Shown here piece by piece: positions 1-14,599 of a stretch of 64,000 nucleotides of DNA. Position 1 is the first letter of the stretch; each line of letters starts with the position of its first letter. The translations under genes were made by a program, and so were the position numbers. Source of the stretch: Eledone cirrhosa (taxonomy: Eukaryota); the NCBI GenBank assembly GCA_964016885.1, contig OZ024747.1, positions 82,832,001 through 82,896,000 on the forward strand, given 5' to 3'. The notes below the pieces were generated by a model. It made no database searches. It saw only the letters and a list, made by a program, of their open reading frames with translations, and had not been told where the DNA came from.

Positions 1-208
1 CATTTCTTTCAGAGTCAGTGTTACAAGATAAAGGGTTTGAGAAGTCTAATCAATGCCGCAACATGACGACATCAAAGCAAAAATCAAAACAAAGCTCGTG
101 CAGAAGATACGCATGCCTAAGAATTCAAAGTCTATTTTCAGTCAGCTTGTGGAAAATGCTGCAATGACTATTGTCAAAGGGCTTATTATGTGTATGCTAT
201 ACACACAC

Positions 209-211
<3 letters not shown>

Positions 212-282
<71 letters not shown>
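212..282. repeat. (TA)n microsatellite, representative of dozens in the window
   Basis: Pure TA run. Other long examples: 3728-3808, 28608-28946, 33611-33762, 45967-46158. Confidence 0.98.
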
Positions 283-286
<4 letters not shown>

Positions 287-442
287 ACGTAGTGTGTGCA
301 TGTGTTGTTTACATGCGTGTTGTTTCCCATGAATCTGTGTCAAGTTTGGGAACATAAAGCCTGCTTAAGTGCTGTCTTACTTATGGATAACAGATGTGCA
401 CACACACACAAACAAACACATACATAAGTATTATGTATATAC

Positions 443-492
<50 letters not shown>

Positions 493-537
493 GGAGGGAG
501 TGTAATTGCAAACATAAATAGGCATACATAGTCAAAC

Positions 538-618
<81 letters not shown>

Positions 619-725
619 CCACATAATCGTTATATTGACGGTATCAGTTGAGTGTGTTGTTCGTGACTGGTGGTGTACTGGTTGGCATAACCATAGACAG
701 ACAGACAGATACTTATACAATATTT

Positions 726-919
<194 letters not shown>

Positions 920-1057
920 GTCTGCGTATGCACATGACTAAATTCGGTTTATGCGTGCTTGCGATTATGTGTAATGTCTGTGTAGCTACCTACAGCTGTT
1001 TTACTGTATCTTGAATTTGTATGAGAGAGGGGGAACGCAGGTACAATGCGTGAGCAT

Positions 1058-1109
<52 letters not shown>

Positions 1110-1123
1110 TTATATATATATAT

Positions 1124-1454
<331 letters not shown>

Positions 1455-1555
1455 GTGTTGTGTAAGAAAACGTGAGACAGAACGGCAGACAAGAGTATAG
1501 AAAACCCCAGCAGACATGTTGCTATCAGTGCTGCCTTCCTTCTATCACAGACACT

Positions 1556-1812
1556 AACACCACCACCACCACCACCACCACCACCACCTGCACCACCACC
1601 ACCACCTGCACCACCACCACCACCGCTTCCTCCACCACCACCACCTCTACCACCACCATCCTCAATTCCACCACCATCCTCACTACCAACACCTCCACCA
1701 TCACCATCCTCACTTCCATCAACACCACCACAACCACCATCCTCACCACCGCCTCCACTACCGCCACCACCACTAACCCCACCACTTCCACCACCACCCT
1801 CACCGCCACCTC
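1556..1812. repeat. degenerate (CAC)n trinucleotide repeat
   Basis: CAC/CAT/CCT triplet run. Confidence 0.95.
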
Positions 1813-2027
1813 CAGATATATTGATATGTGAGTCAAACAAATGTGTTGTATTGGAAATATGTAGGTATGTGTAAGACAGCTTTTATACGTTGTATAGATT
1901 AGAAACTGCTGTGTACTCTTTACACAACATTTGTGTGTGGGTGTGTTGTGTGTGAGGGTGTGTTGTGTGTGAGGGTGTGTTGTGTGTGTGGGTGTGTTGT
2001 GTGTGTGTGTGTGTCTGAGTGCTTTTG

Positions 2028-2090
<63 letters not shown>

Positions 2091-2678
2091 ATGCCTGTAT
2101 GTGAGTACGAGTGCATGTGTGTATGTGTGTATGTCAGGTTTTGTATGTATTTATATATAACGTGCGTATGTGTGTACGGGTGCATGTGTATGTGTGTATG
2201 TGTGTATGTGTGCATGTGTGTATGTGTGCATGCGTGTAAGTGCGCATGTGTGTATGTCTGAGTGCTTTTGTATTTATTTATACACGCATGTGTGTATGTG
2301 TATACGAGTGTATGTGTGTATGTGTGTAAGTGTGTGTGTGTGTGTAAGTGTGTATGTGTGCATGTGTGTAAGTGTTTATGTGTGTAAGTGTGCAAGTGTG
2401 TACGTGTGCATGTGTGCATGTGTGTAAGTGTGCATGTTAGTATGTGTTTATGTGTGCATGTGTAGCTGTATAATAAGCAAATATGAGAAGCTTACTGTCG
2501 CACTATTTCTTCATACTTAGATATACACTCGTGTGTATGTTCATGTATATAAGGTAAGATAATGCACTCTGTCACAAACACATGTATATGAACACTCCCA
2601 ACCTAGTCAAGCTGTTCCAACACTCACCCGCAACAAATACACATGTGCCTTCCTCTTAACAACAAATCTTCTTACTCT

Positions 2679-3327
2679 CGTCAATCTCTCTATTTCTACG
2701 TCAATCTCTCTATTTCTTCGTCAATCTCTCTATTTCATCGTCAATGTCTCTATTTCCTCGTCAATCTCTCTATTTCTTCGTCAATCTCTCTATTTCTTCG
2801 TCAATCTTTCTATTTCATCGTTAATCTCTCTATTTCTTCGTCAATCTTTCTATTTCATCGTTAATCTCTCTATTTCTACGTCAATCTCTCTATTTCATCG
2901 TCAATCTCTCTATTTCATCGTCAATGTCTCTATTTCCTCGTCAATGTCTCTATTTCCTCGTCAATCTCTCTATTTCTTCGTCAATCTCTCTATTTCTTCG
3001 TCAATCTCTCTATTTCTTCGTCAATCTTTCTATTTCATCGTTAATCTCTCTATTTCTACGTCAATCTCTCTATTTCATCGTCAATCTCTATTTCTTCGTC
3101 AATCTCTCTATTTCTACGCCAATCTCTCTATTTCCTCGTCAATCTCTCTATTTCTACGCCAATCTCTCTATTTCTTCGTCAATCTCTCTATTTCTACGTC
3201 AATCTCTCTATTTCTACGTCAATCTCTCTATTTCTTCGTCAATCTCTCTATTTCTACGTCAATCTCTCTATTTCCTCATCAATCTCTCTATTTCTTCGTC
3301 AATCTCGATATTTCTTCGTCAATCTCT
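2679..3327. repeat. 20-bp minisatellite, ~32 copies
   Basis: Unit cgtcaatctctctatttc(tt/at/ct/ta), with one 18-bp variant near 3080. Confidence 0.97.
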
Positions 3328-3739
3328 TATCCTATCTTCCCATGAAAGACTAAAATCCGAATATATGTAAGTTTAACACTATATCAAGTGTTAAACTTTT
3401 ATATATCATCATTGCACTGTATTGTCCTCCCGTGTTGCTTTACCTTCTTAACATTTTGCATATATATATAGAGAGAGAGAATTAGAATTTAGCTTCGAGC
3501 CTAACTGTATACAGATATGTATTGCAATTTCGTATTTCTAAAAAAAATACGGTATGTGTTATAAATAAACATTTAAAAAGCCGTAGCTATGTAAACACCG
3601 GTGGCTATCGCCACATTCACACACACGCGCGATAGCTACATCTCGATTTCGCGAATTGTCATCACTTGATCCATTTTATCCAATTAATGCTTGACTGCCT
3701 ATGCACCAATGTCCATAAAACAACTCATATATATATATA

Positions 3740-3813
<74 letters not shown>

Positions 3814-4058
3814 CCACACGTCACCAAACATCTATTGCATAACTACAAGGCTCCGGACTGATTCTTTGTAATTTTATTTTTTAATTTTTTTATTTTATTT
3901 TCAACCAAAAAACTTTCCGGACTTTCGCAGTTATCTCCCTTACACGCCCCCCCCCCCCCCACCCCACCCCGCCCCCGCGCGCAGTCTACTATTGCCTGTG
4001 TGAAGTGACCGAGTTTCTGCGCATGCGCGTTCGTACGGTTGTCCTTCCTGTTCCTATA

Positions 4059-4116
4059 ACCATATACATCCTGAGCTGAAGATCCGCGAAGGTGAAACAA
4101 TTGTTCTCGGTATGGT
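4059..4116 (+). ncRNA. type I hammerhead ribozyme motif (family A)
   Basis: Stem I accata..ctgag / ctcgg.tatggt; CTGAAGA at 4076-4082; stem II cc-gcgaa-gg; GAAA at 4094-4097; stem III AC-AATT-GT with palindromic loop; predicted cleavage GTT^ after 4105. Confidence 0.78.
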
Positions 4117-4138
4117 GAACTAACTGTTGTGTAACCAC

Positions 4139-4192
<54 letters not shown>

Positions 4193-4360
4193 GTAGAACA
4201 CTGGAGGGTTATATCCATAGTAGTAAAGCACTGAGTCCATGGGACGAGTTTGGTAGAAGTAGTTCCACAACAGTTAGTTCACCATACCGAGAACAAATGA
4301 TTCACCTTATGCGGATCTTCAGCTCAGTATGGTGAACTAACTGTTGTGGAATTACTTCTA
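4059..4360. mobile_element. family A hammerhead-bearing element pieces around (TA)n, with inverted duplication (Penelope-like pLTR remnant)
   Basis: A second, mutated core (GAAT for GAAA) lies on the minus strand at ~4281-4327, inside a fold-back at 4254-4360. Homologous to 45745-45967. Confidence 0.7.
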
Positions 4361-4594
4361 TATATATATATATTGAAAACAAAGCGAGGTTTCATATTAA
4401 GGTCTTTCTTGATTATACTCTCTGCCCAAGCATAGAATACTGATTTTGGTACCTGCCTCGGTAAACCACGAATCTACTGAACCACCTAATATATATATAT
4501 ACACTATACACATGTACGTACACACACCCATATATATGTGTGTGTTTTATATTTTTATATTTACATTACAAATATACATATATTGTATATATAA

Positions 4595-4774
4595 TTGTTT
4601 CTATTTTTAGGCACAAGGCCAGCAATTACCCAGTACATTACTTTATTGTATCGACCCCGTAAGGATGAAAGGCAAAGTTAACCTCGGCGGGATTTGAACT
4701 CAGATCATAAAGGGACGTAACTCTATGCTTCAAACCATGGTGTCCGACTCTCTACCGATACTGCCAATCCACCG
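4595..4774 (-). mobile_element. tRNA-derived SINE family 1
   Basis: Minus strand reads A box tggcagtatcggtagag, B box gagttcaaatcc, body gccgaggttaactttgcctttcatccttacggggtcgat, tail ggccttgtgcc. About 20 copies or fragments in the window. Confidence 0.9.
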
Positions 4775-5419
4775 TGTATTGTATATATAATATATTTACA
4801 TATTTACACACTGACACGTATACTTGTCAATTTATTCCTGTTTGTCTGCCCCCTACTAACTAACAACATCGAACAGAAAACCGTAATGTTTCTATGTTTA
4901 TTTGGATCTGTACATCTCCATTGTGTTTCTTTTCAATTCTAAAATCTTTGAAACTTCTTTTTAATGGAAATATGCTCAAACGTGGAGACTGTTGCAATCG
5001 CATAAACGATACCAGACTTGATATCAACTTCAGTATTCAAAGCATTTTATTAAACTTTTTAAATATAAATTCGAAATTGCTTATTTTGTTGACTTGCAGT
5101 TAATTCTTGAAGCAAATAAGCGACTGCCTGGACGATAAATACAATGGAATTTACAATAAATTTGCCTTTATCATGAAAACCTAGTCCTCGCTCTAAAGCT
5201 TTACAAAATCATGAAATTAACTAAGAAACATAGATGATGTGGTGCTCATAAGTAACTAATTATTTCTCTCTGTACATGGTGAAAAGGAGGGACAGTTTGG
5301 ATTTTAACTCACTCAGAGAACAAAACTGTCAATTATGGATTGTTACATTCTATTTTCGTGTTTCAGAATAATTAATTCAATCACTTTCAACGATATCGAG
5401 TTATATTCCGCCAGTTTGC

Positions 5420-6100
5420 TATTAACAAGTTCGCTCATGTTGTGGCAAGAAAATTGTTATATATAAAGGCACAACAAAAATAATTGTAATGGACATCTCA
5501 AATGGAAAGCTCAAAGATGGATTTTTAGACAAGTTTTCACCTGGAGTAAAAACAAATTAACAAAGAAGGAACGTGGCAGTGATTTAGATGGCCATGTTGA
5601 CATTTTATATATTCATACAAGCCAGAATGAGTGTTTTCCCACCGTATAATGCATCATGATGCTAGAGGCATAACATCCTTCAAGGATTTGAGAACAGATT
5701 AAAGTCAACTGTGTGACACATACAGAAAGACGTTTCAATGGAGACTTTTTTCATGATGGCACACAGCTGGAGTCCACTATGACAGAGACAAGTCTAACAG
5801 TCACCAACCAGCCTCGGAAATGTCTAACTCATTTGCATCGTGGAAAAAAAATCACGATCTCCTTCCACCAGAGATTTCAGCCATTAGGCTCAAATGAAAA
5901 CTTCCATACAGAAACTAGCTACAATGATGCCATTTTAAAGTTGGCATTTATTGTCATTGAAACTAAAGTATTTTCTCTGGGACTTCCATCATCTAACATT
6001 CCTAAAATTAGACCTTTATCATGAGCTGTGGGGAACTTTACAACGTTGAATATTTTCACCAAGAAGCTGCAACTATTGAACAAAGTGGTTACCTGACCAA
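5420..6100 (+). mobile_element. degenerate Helitron RepHel coding fragment
   Basis: Frameshifted translation YIHTSQNECF..HHDARGITSFKDLRT..QLCDTYRK..FHDGTQLESTMTE..AFIVIETKVFSLGLP resembles the Helitron Rep-helicase linker (YTVHP..ECFYLR.LLH.V.GPTSF.DLRTV..TFREAC..LLEDD..W..TM.EA). Confidence 0.65.
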
Positions 6101-6305
6101 ACAACACACTACTAAACAATCATCAATAGAGTTCAATTTTAAAAAGTGAAGTGTTTGTTTGTTTTTGTTTTTGTTGCGGTTTTTATACACCAAGCATATA
6201 TAGTGTCTCACAAAACCACATTACAAGCTCCCCCGAGATATAGTGTCTCAGAAAAGCCACATTACAAGCTCTGAGATACTGAGTGTCTCACAATGTCACA
6301 TTACA

Positions 6306-6612
6306 AGGCTGCGAATTGACAGAGCGGGTAGAACGTCGAGTAGATTGCTTTGCGCTATTCGTTCCGATTTTGAGTTCAAATCTCGCCGAGGTAACTTTGT
6401 GTTTCAGCTTTTTGAAGACGATAAAATAGTACCAGTTCAGTATTGTCATCGATTCTTCCTCTATATCCCTTTCTCATTTCCCTCCTCTTTCTCTCTCTCA
6501 CACACATACACTCTCTCTCTCTCTCTCTCTGTGGAAGAAATCAGCTGTGTTCTGATCTGGAGACGAGATGGACTCCACCAGGTTTAAAGTGTCCAAGACA
6601 AGATCTATGTCA
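6306..6612 (+). mobile_element. diverged SINE family 1 variant + (CT)n + conserved downstream segment
   Basis: gagttcaaatctcgccgaggtaactttg..gataaaatagtaccagt, then (CT)n and atcagctgtgttctgatctggaga...ccaagac. The same layout recurs at 43792, 51092 and 51352. Confidence 0.75.
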
Positions 6613-7662
6613 CTACGGCGCTCCTACAACTCCATCATGAATTACTCGTCCATACACATAGAGAAACTAAGAATATTGTTTGTCCTGAAACCCATGTCCA
6701 GGCAGATACTAAGTTAAGACATGTTTTTAAACTGTGTATCTGTTACATAGTATATAAGAATCGCATTACAATTAATACATATTTGTAGAATTACTACAAA
6801 CCTTTTTCAAAAATATAAGCCACCTATTGAGTTGTCGGTTTCCGAAACAACACCGGGTATCCTGGTAATATATATATATATATATATATATGGAGAATGG
6901 GTGAGGGAAAGAAAGAAGTGGCTAGAGAGATAGAATTGTATACAAATATTTATTGGCATTGGAAAATATAAATGCAGATATATAGATATAATATAAGAAT
7001 TAAACCCGCATATATATATATATATTTATATTTATATATATCACCGCACACACGCACATTTATAAACATACACAATTTTACACATGCACACACCTATAGA
7101 TACGCGCCCGCACACACACACACACGTTTCTGTAAATCTGTCTGTGATAGGAATACAACATATTTTATCAACCTTTACCTCTATGTGGAAGCATGTATAT
7201 GCGATTATAGTAAATACTATAAGTAAAGCTATTAGTCTGCGTCAAAATGAAATACATCCTCACTGCTATTCCTCTCTCCCTCTCTCTCTCTCCCTCTCTC
7301 TCTCTCTTCCTCTCGCTCTCGTTCTTTGTTTCTTTCCTTCTTACTATTTCTCTGAATATTCTCCTATCTCATTGGTCTTTAGAACACTTTAATACTACCG
7401 ACATAGGTGAGAGCTATTTACACACAGACACACACACATATATATATATATATTTATATATATATAACTATCACTTTAACTATATATATATATATATAGT
7501 TATAGTTTTAGTGATAGTTATATATATATATATAAGCAAGTCTATGCTTGTGTATATGTATGCGTTTTCCTGTAAACTATAATAAACCTTAACTATTTGC
7601 AAATACTCTGAGACAGACAAACAGAGAGGTAGACAGACAAACAGAGAGGTAGACAGACATGT

Positions 7663-7735
<73 letters not shown>

Positions 7736-8589
7736 GGCAGGCAGGCAGACAGACAGAGAGATAGATAGAGAGATAGAGAGATAAATAGATAGATAGCCGA
7801 AGTGTGTTCGCGACATTCGTTTCTGTGAGGTCAACTCTACCTTTCAAGTGCCGGGTTGGTTTGTCCTTCTCTGAAATTCTCTGACATTGTGTCTAAATTA
7901 GAAATTAGTGTTTCTTGTTGTTGATGCTGTTGCTTAGCTCCCATTTCAGCCATGATCAAAAGTAATCTGGCCATGACCATCACGTGTTTTACACCGGCCA
8001 TTGGCCACTGCTTACACACTTAGATGCATACACAAGAATTAACCTTCCTCATGAACGTCTTAGAAAGAAATATGTTGACTCCAAACTCCATGGTTGCTAT
8101 CTGAAACTATATATAACATCTCAAATTTCCAAACTGTACGAATTCTAATTATGTATAAATAACTAACATTTATTTAACAGAGAAATAAAAGTGCCACGTC
8201 AGATGTATTCTGAATGTTAATACAATAAGATGAATGAAATATAACACTATATATACACTCACTCATTTGAAAACAAGGACTTAAGCGATTTGAACCTGAG
8301 TACGTTAACCAATGTATTCGGTTCTAAGAAGATGGAGTATAATAAGATTTGACTGTTATTTCTAGCAGAACGTGCGACCGCATAAGAGACTACTCTTGCC
8401 CTGTTGCATCAATCGTAACACAACATTACAATTGATTCTAAACATGATATAGAACCAACACAAAACGAAGAAGAGACTGTATCAGAATATTAACAGTCTA
8501 TTCTATACCTCCTTCTGAGTTAACAGTGTGTCTACGTGTGTCTACGCGTGTGTGTGTGTGTGTGTTTGTGTGTGTGTGTGGGGGGGGGT

Positions 8590-8770
8590 ATATATATTTG
8601 GTGTATATTATATATAATGGTGTATACTATATATATTTGGTGTATATTATATATATTTGGTGTATATTATATATATATATATATATGGTGTATACTATAT
8701 ATATTTGGTGTATATTATATATATTTGGTGTATACTATATATATATATATATATTTGGTGTATATAATAT
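8590..8770. repeat. AT-rich ~20-22-bp minisatellite
   Basis: Repeated atatatttggtgtata(t/c)tat. Confidence 0.85.
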
Positions 8771-9653
8771 ATATATATATATACACACACATGTATGTAT
8801 GTGTGTACACACAACGATATATGTATAGTTAGGGGTTATAAGTTTTTTTCCATTTTTTTTATCATTTTCTCAATCTTTTCACCTCTTTTCTTGTATTCTT
8901 CCATTTTTTTACATATTCTTTTATTCAATCTTATTTTATTTCTAACCTCTTTCATCTATTTATTTATTTGTCTATTTATTTGCCATTATTTCCTCCTCCC
9001 TCCCCCCTCTTCCACCCTCCTCCTCCCTGCCCCTCTTCCACCCCTTCTCCTCCCTCACATCTCGTCTTCGTTTTTTAAACGTCATATTTTTCGTTTTGTT
9101 GTTGTTGTTGTTATTTTGTTGTATTTTTTCTGCCATCATTTTTCTTTTTTTTTTTACTATAGTTTCTTCTTTTATCATTCTGTTATTTCTTTACATCTGT
9201 TGTTATTTGTTATTCTCACCCACCACTCCCACTCCCACCACTACCACCATTACCACCACCACCACCACTACCACCACCAACAACCATTACCCCCACTACC
9301 ACCCACCATTACCACCCCTACTACCACCACCAACACCCAATACTACCACCCCCATCACCCTTTACCACAACCAGCCGCCAACACTACCCCCACTACTACC
9401 ACCCCCACCACAACTACAACTACTACCAGCCCCCAACACTACCACCTCCCAACAATATCCCCCACCACCACTACCATCCCCAACACTACCACCACCACCA
9501 CCACATTCACTCAGCAACAACGTCGTCTTCTTCCTTTACCAATTTTTCGTTCGTCTTTTCTTCCTAAAAATTCATTTTTTTTCCTTCGTCGTTCGCCTTT
9601 TTTTTCTGTATTTCTTTTAGAGTTATTCCTCTCACCAAGACGACGACTACAAC

Positions 9654-9798
<145 letters not shown>

Positions 9799-9872
9799 GT
9801 GAGTGTGTGTGTGTTTATGTTATATTCATCTTTCGAAATAAGTATGTGAAATATATATATATATATATATAT

Positions 9873-10031
9873 AATAGGAACCAGTAAGACCCCGACGGCT
9901 GTAGCCGTCGGAACGGCTTGAGCTCAGCCGTCGGGGTCTTACTGGTTCCTATTACCCACTCTACTACCCTAAGTATTGAGTACTTTGGTGCGTTATGGTC
10001 CACCTGGTTCCTTACCACATTTCCTTCGTTA
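9873..10031 (+). mobile_element. family B TA-embedded fold-back element with 3' half of a hammerhead
   Basis: Flanked by (TA)n on both sides; g(g/a)aacggcttgagctcagccGTC^ggggtc; inverted arms at 9873-9901 and 9924-9952; homologues at 12645, 22128, 33471, 42860, 48690. Confidence 0.8.
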
Positions 10032-10110
10032 TATATATATATATAGTGCAAATATGGACGGGAACGAAACAGAGAGGCAGACAAATAAAGGTTTATTAGG
10101 TCCACGCTCT

Positions 10111-10209
<99 letters not shown>

Positions 10210-11002
10210 GGAAATGCACTAGCAACCGAAGTGTATGATAAAGTTGGTGCAGTCTCGGTTACACACACTAATTTATACATACATACATACATACATACAT
10301 ACATACATACATACATACGTACATACATACGTACATACATACATACATACATACATACATACATACATACATACCTACATACACACACATATACCTACAT
10401 ACCCGCATGCATACCTACATACCTACATACCTGATTACATACCTACATACATACACACATACATACACACACACACACACGCGCGCGCACACATACATAT
10501 ATACCTGCATACATACAAACATGCATTTATAAACCTTTGCAAACACACACACACAACGGTTTTGATTCCATTCTTCAACTACTTGTCAACAGAGCATAGT
10601 TAATTTAATTGAAACTTTTTCTTGTTTTTTCCTATTTGGACGACAAAAAATGTACCTCGTTAGCAAATTAATTAGTCTATCTTAGACATATTCATTCACT
10701 AATTATCTCAAAATGTATCTCTACTCCAATATAATTATGAAAAATGAACTAGATTAAAGTGACTTAAGCATAGCTATATGACACCACTGCGACGGAAGAA
10801 ATGTCACTAGGTTGAGGTATTAAAAGTATTCTAGATGCCAATGATGATGGTGATGATGACAATGATGATGATGATGATGATGATGTTAAATGAAGTTGAA
10901 AAAAATAGTAGCACAGTCAATGTATAACATGGTGTTGTAAATAGACAAAAAGACCATCAACGTTAAGCAAATATTATCCTATTTATTACATTTGGATTAC
11001 AT

Positions 11003-11179
11003 TTGAGCCGATCAATAGCGAAACGCGCGTCACTACTCAATAAACGTAATGAAGACATAACAAATCGTCCTTTTTACTATTATATTTACACTCTGTTTAG
11101 TTCTACACCTCTTTACAGACTGGAAACTACGCATCGAGTGGTCACTCGGGTGAACCTACAGTAACTGCACGTTACACTC

Positions 11180-11183
<4 letters not shown>
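11003..11183 (+). mobile_element. 5'-truncated pLTR-like element with half hammerhead
   Basis: cGAAAC-GCGC-GTC at 11019-11031 (palindromic stem III, GTC triplet), AATAAA, catcgagtg motif, then (TA)n. CTGANGA half is absent. Confidence 0.5.
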
Positions 11184-11243
<60 letters not shown>

Positions 11244-11631
11244 AGAGAGAAAGAGTATTTGGAATCCAGTCTTATCCTGTCTTTTAAATATATATAGGTA
11301 TGTGTGTGTGTGTGTGTGTGTTATGAATAAGATCTCAACAAAAATGCATGCTACCTAAGGTTTCAAACATCAACCATTATAAGTCAGACTTTCTATATCT
11401 ACTACTTTACTTATCTTCAGGCAGTTAAAGTAGTAGACATAGAATGTCTATGTCTTATACTGGCTGAAGTTTGAAACTTAGGTAGCATGCATTTGTCTTG
11501 AGATCTTTTTCATATAATATAATTTGGCTCTGTACATTATATTGAGCGCTTTTTTTCCTTGATCTATTTCTCCGGAAACTCATGGCACTGTGTGTGTGAG
11601 TGAGTGAGTGAGTGCACATATACACATATAT

Positions 11632-11667
<36 letters not shown>

Positions 11668-11759
11668 GTGTATGGACCCATATCTCCCGAGGGACACCGC
11701 AGAGCTCATCCGCTCTCCAGGTGAGAAAACACACGGGGAAATGAAAAACCGATATAGAG

Positions 11760-11922
11760 GAAGAATCGTCCCAGTACTTGACCGGTACTCTTTTTTTTTA
11801 TCAACCTCAAAATTATGAAAAGCAAAGTTAACCTTGGTGGGGTTTGAACTGTGAGAGCGCCAAGTGCCGGAACGAGTACCACAGAGTCTTCTATACGACA
11901 TTCTAACATCTCTGCCATTTCG

Positions 11923-11925
<3 letters not shown>
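11760..11925 (-). mobile_element. SINE family 1, diverged
   Basis: atgaaaagcaaagttaaccttggtggggtttgaac...ctctgccatttcgctg. Confidence 0.8.
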
Positions 11926-11999
<74 letters not shown>

Positions 12000-12149
12000 C
12001 ACAGATGTTATATATATATATTAATAAAAGCATATACACAATGATGGCGGCATCTCGATTACCTAAATTGTCATCACTTGAATGTTTTCCGTACGTGGGT
12101 GGTTCAAACATGACTTTTTAGTACTGCCAATAGCTTACATTACTTTCCT

Positions 12150-12500
12150 CATATGCTGCAGCGAAAGAAAAAGACAGAAAAACAAGGCTTTTTTCTGCTA
12201 GGACCAGCCATACTCATGCAGCACACGTGAAAGATATTTAGATCAAGCGATGCCTGTGCTTGAAGCTTTTTTAAGTGAAGAAAGGCCTTACACTAGGCCA
12301 ATCCTACACTCTGTACAATGGTGACGGGTATCCAAAAAGAAGAACAAGTCAACATCATTGGTTGTCATTGAGTTGGAGGTTTTATATCTGAGTTTCCCTT
12401 CTCCTAGAATGATGCCCTAACAAGAACTATGGGTCTCTCACTCCCGATGGACTAACCAAGGGCTTAAGCACTAAACCGAGTCTTCCCATGTTCCTGCGCA
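12150..12500 (-). mobile_element. probable RTE-clade LINE 5'UTR fragment
   Basis: Minus strand ctaggagaagggaaactcagatataaaacctcc resembles the RTE 5'UTR motif ctaggagaaggaaaactctga..aaacctcc (from recall). Confidence 0.4.
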
Positions 12501-12589
12501 AATACTCATACACACACACATTTGTATATGCATGTTGATATAGATCGATAGTAACTGCTATTTGCATCAGGTACGATGCTATGATCAAT

Positions 12590-12644
<55 letters not shown>

Positions 12645-12647
<3 letters not shown>

Positions 12648-12758
12648 CAAAGTGGGTGTGATAAGATACCAGGTGGACCATAACGCACCAGAGTATTCAA
12701 TACTTAGGGTAATAGAGTGGGTAATATGAAAAGAGTCAGGACCCCTGACTCTTTTCAT
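12645..12758 (-). mobile_element. family B element, 5' end at predicted cleavage site, with short inverted arm
   Basis: ggtggaccataacgcacc..tacttagggtaatagagtgggtaat..ggacccc, then inverted tgactcttttcat; lies between (TA)n and (GATA)n. Confidence 0.8.
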
Positions 12759-12777
12759 AGATAGATAGATAGATGAC

Positions 12778-12846
<69 letters not shown>

Positions 12847-12877
12847 GACACTAGATAGATAGATAGATGACTAGATA
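12758..12877. repeat. (GATA)n tetranucleotide repeat
   Basis: Direct reading. Confidence 0.95.
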
Positions 12878-12970
12878 AGTAATTTTATTGAACGCATAGA
12901 AGATACAATGCCTCACATTTCCTGATCGGTGATCGGTTTCATCTCAATGGGGATCCATTTTACTAATATA

Positions 12971-13047
12971 TAGGTGTCCCCAAAGAATATATACACACTT
13001 CAACAGCATTCCAATAAATATATGTATACATTTTGGGGGACACCCTG
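12971..13047. mobile_element. Tc1/mariner-type MITE
   Basis: TIRs ggtgtccccaaa / tttgggggacaccctg; interior shared with the copy at 31001-31103. Confidence 0.7.
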
Positions 13048-13113
13048 TTTATGTGTGTTTATCACACGCAAACATACATACATACAGAGAGAGAGAAGGA
13101 GAGAGAGAGAGAG

Positions 13114-13190
<77 letters not shown>

Positions 13191-13729
13191 GAGAGAGAGA
13201 GAGACGGACAGATAAACATAAACATTCCCCGAAATATACAGAGAAGTAGACTTAGCAATACACACACGTGTATTTGTGTTTGTTCTGATATTGTGATGAC
13301 CAGTCAACGCTGATTAAAGCTATGTCCTGCAGCGTATACAATATATTGTGTACAATATATAGGCTATATGATATTATATATCGAATATTACAGCTAATCG
13401 CCATTGAAGGATGAACCTAATTAGGAAATGTCAAGCAAATATTATCTATTTATCACATTTGGGTCATATATAAATGAATATATGCATACATACATACACA
13501 TATTTACATACAGACAAACATACATACATACACGCATACATACACACCCACATACATACGTGTATGTTTAAGTGCATATATAGACATATATATGAGCGCG
13601 CGCGTGTGTGTGTGAGTGCGTATATAAATATATGAATTTATGTATGTGGTGGGTGTAATGTGTTGTAGTAAGAGTTAGCACGAATAAAATTCGAACAATA
13701 TTACATATAACAAAGATAAGGTTTTTTAT

Positions 13730-13766
<37 letters not shown>

Positions 13767-14166
13767 ATACACTAACGGGAAGTTTCGTATTACAGAAAGA
13801 ATTCTGTAAAAATTGTCCGATATGAAGAAAACCAATAAAGAAATAATGATCTCAAATCTCTACAGTCGTTATTTAAATAATTTTGGATGTGTTTAAATAA
13901 CAGCATTAGGAGCATTAGGCTGTGTGGCGAAGAAGTTTGTTTCATAACACCACTTTGGCTAAGTACGTGTTTCTTACCTTACTAAAAGATTCGGGTTAAC
14001 CAATGTCTTGGTGAATGAAATTTAAGATAGATTTTCAAGATAGATTGAAACTACAGGAGAGAGAGAGAGAGCGAGAGAGAGAGAGGGGGGGGGGGGGGGC
14101 CTGATCAGTGTCAATCTTGGGTGTTCCAACTATTCGAAGAATAAAATGGTCTACTCAAGTCTAATG

Positions 14167-14395
14167 TTAAACCGTTCATTGCCATATTTCTAATGAGGCA
14201 TATATTGCTTATGATTTTCAAATAATCAAGAATTTGGAAGGATTTAATAATATAAATGAGTTTCTCATTGTTAAGCTGGTGGGTTTTTACATAAAATTAT
14301 GATGGAAGGTTTCTAGATAAATATAAATACTTTAAAACAAATAGTTTAACATCGTAAAACCAAGGATGGTTTCAGGTTGCAATCAAAAGGGTTAT
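14167..14395. mobile_element. degenerate piggyBac-like MITE
   Basis: ttaa-accgtt... at left and aaaggg-ttat at right (decayed TTAA-CCCTTT termini); AT-rich interior. Confidence 0.35.
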
Positions 14396-14599
14396 CATAA
14401 GGGTTATTATTAAGTATAACCTTAATTTAATTGTTGGGTGGAATCGGTGTGACACCGCGTGAAAGTGCTGGATGTTTTAATTATAAATACATTCCATGCG
14501 ACTGCAAGTTTAGGCACGAGGTTGTTGTTATACACTGTCATGGTGTTTACTGCCATGTTGGTAGTAAATGGTTAGAGGAAGGAGTCTTGTTATTTTTTA

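Noticed and set aside
7837-8110. Gln-rich ORF as a possible exon or gag start
   Set aside because: No recognisable family motif or splice support.
12380-12500. HDV-like ribozyme in the putative RTE 5'UTR
   Set aside because: Expected at this position in some RTEs, but I could not build the nested double pseudoknot by eye.
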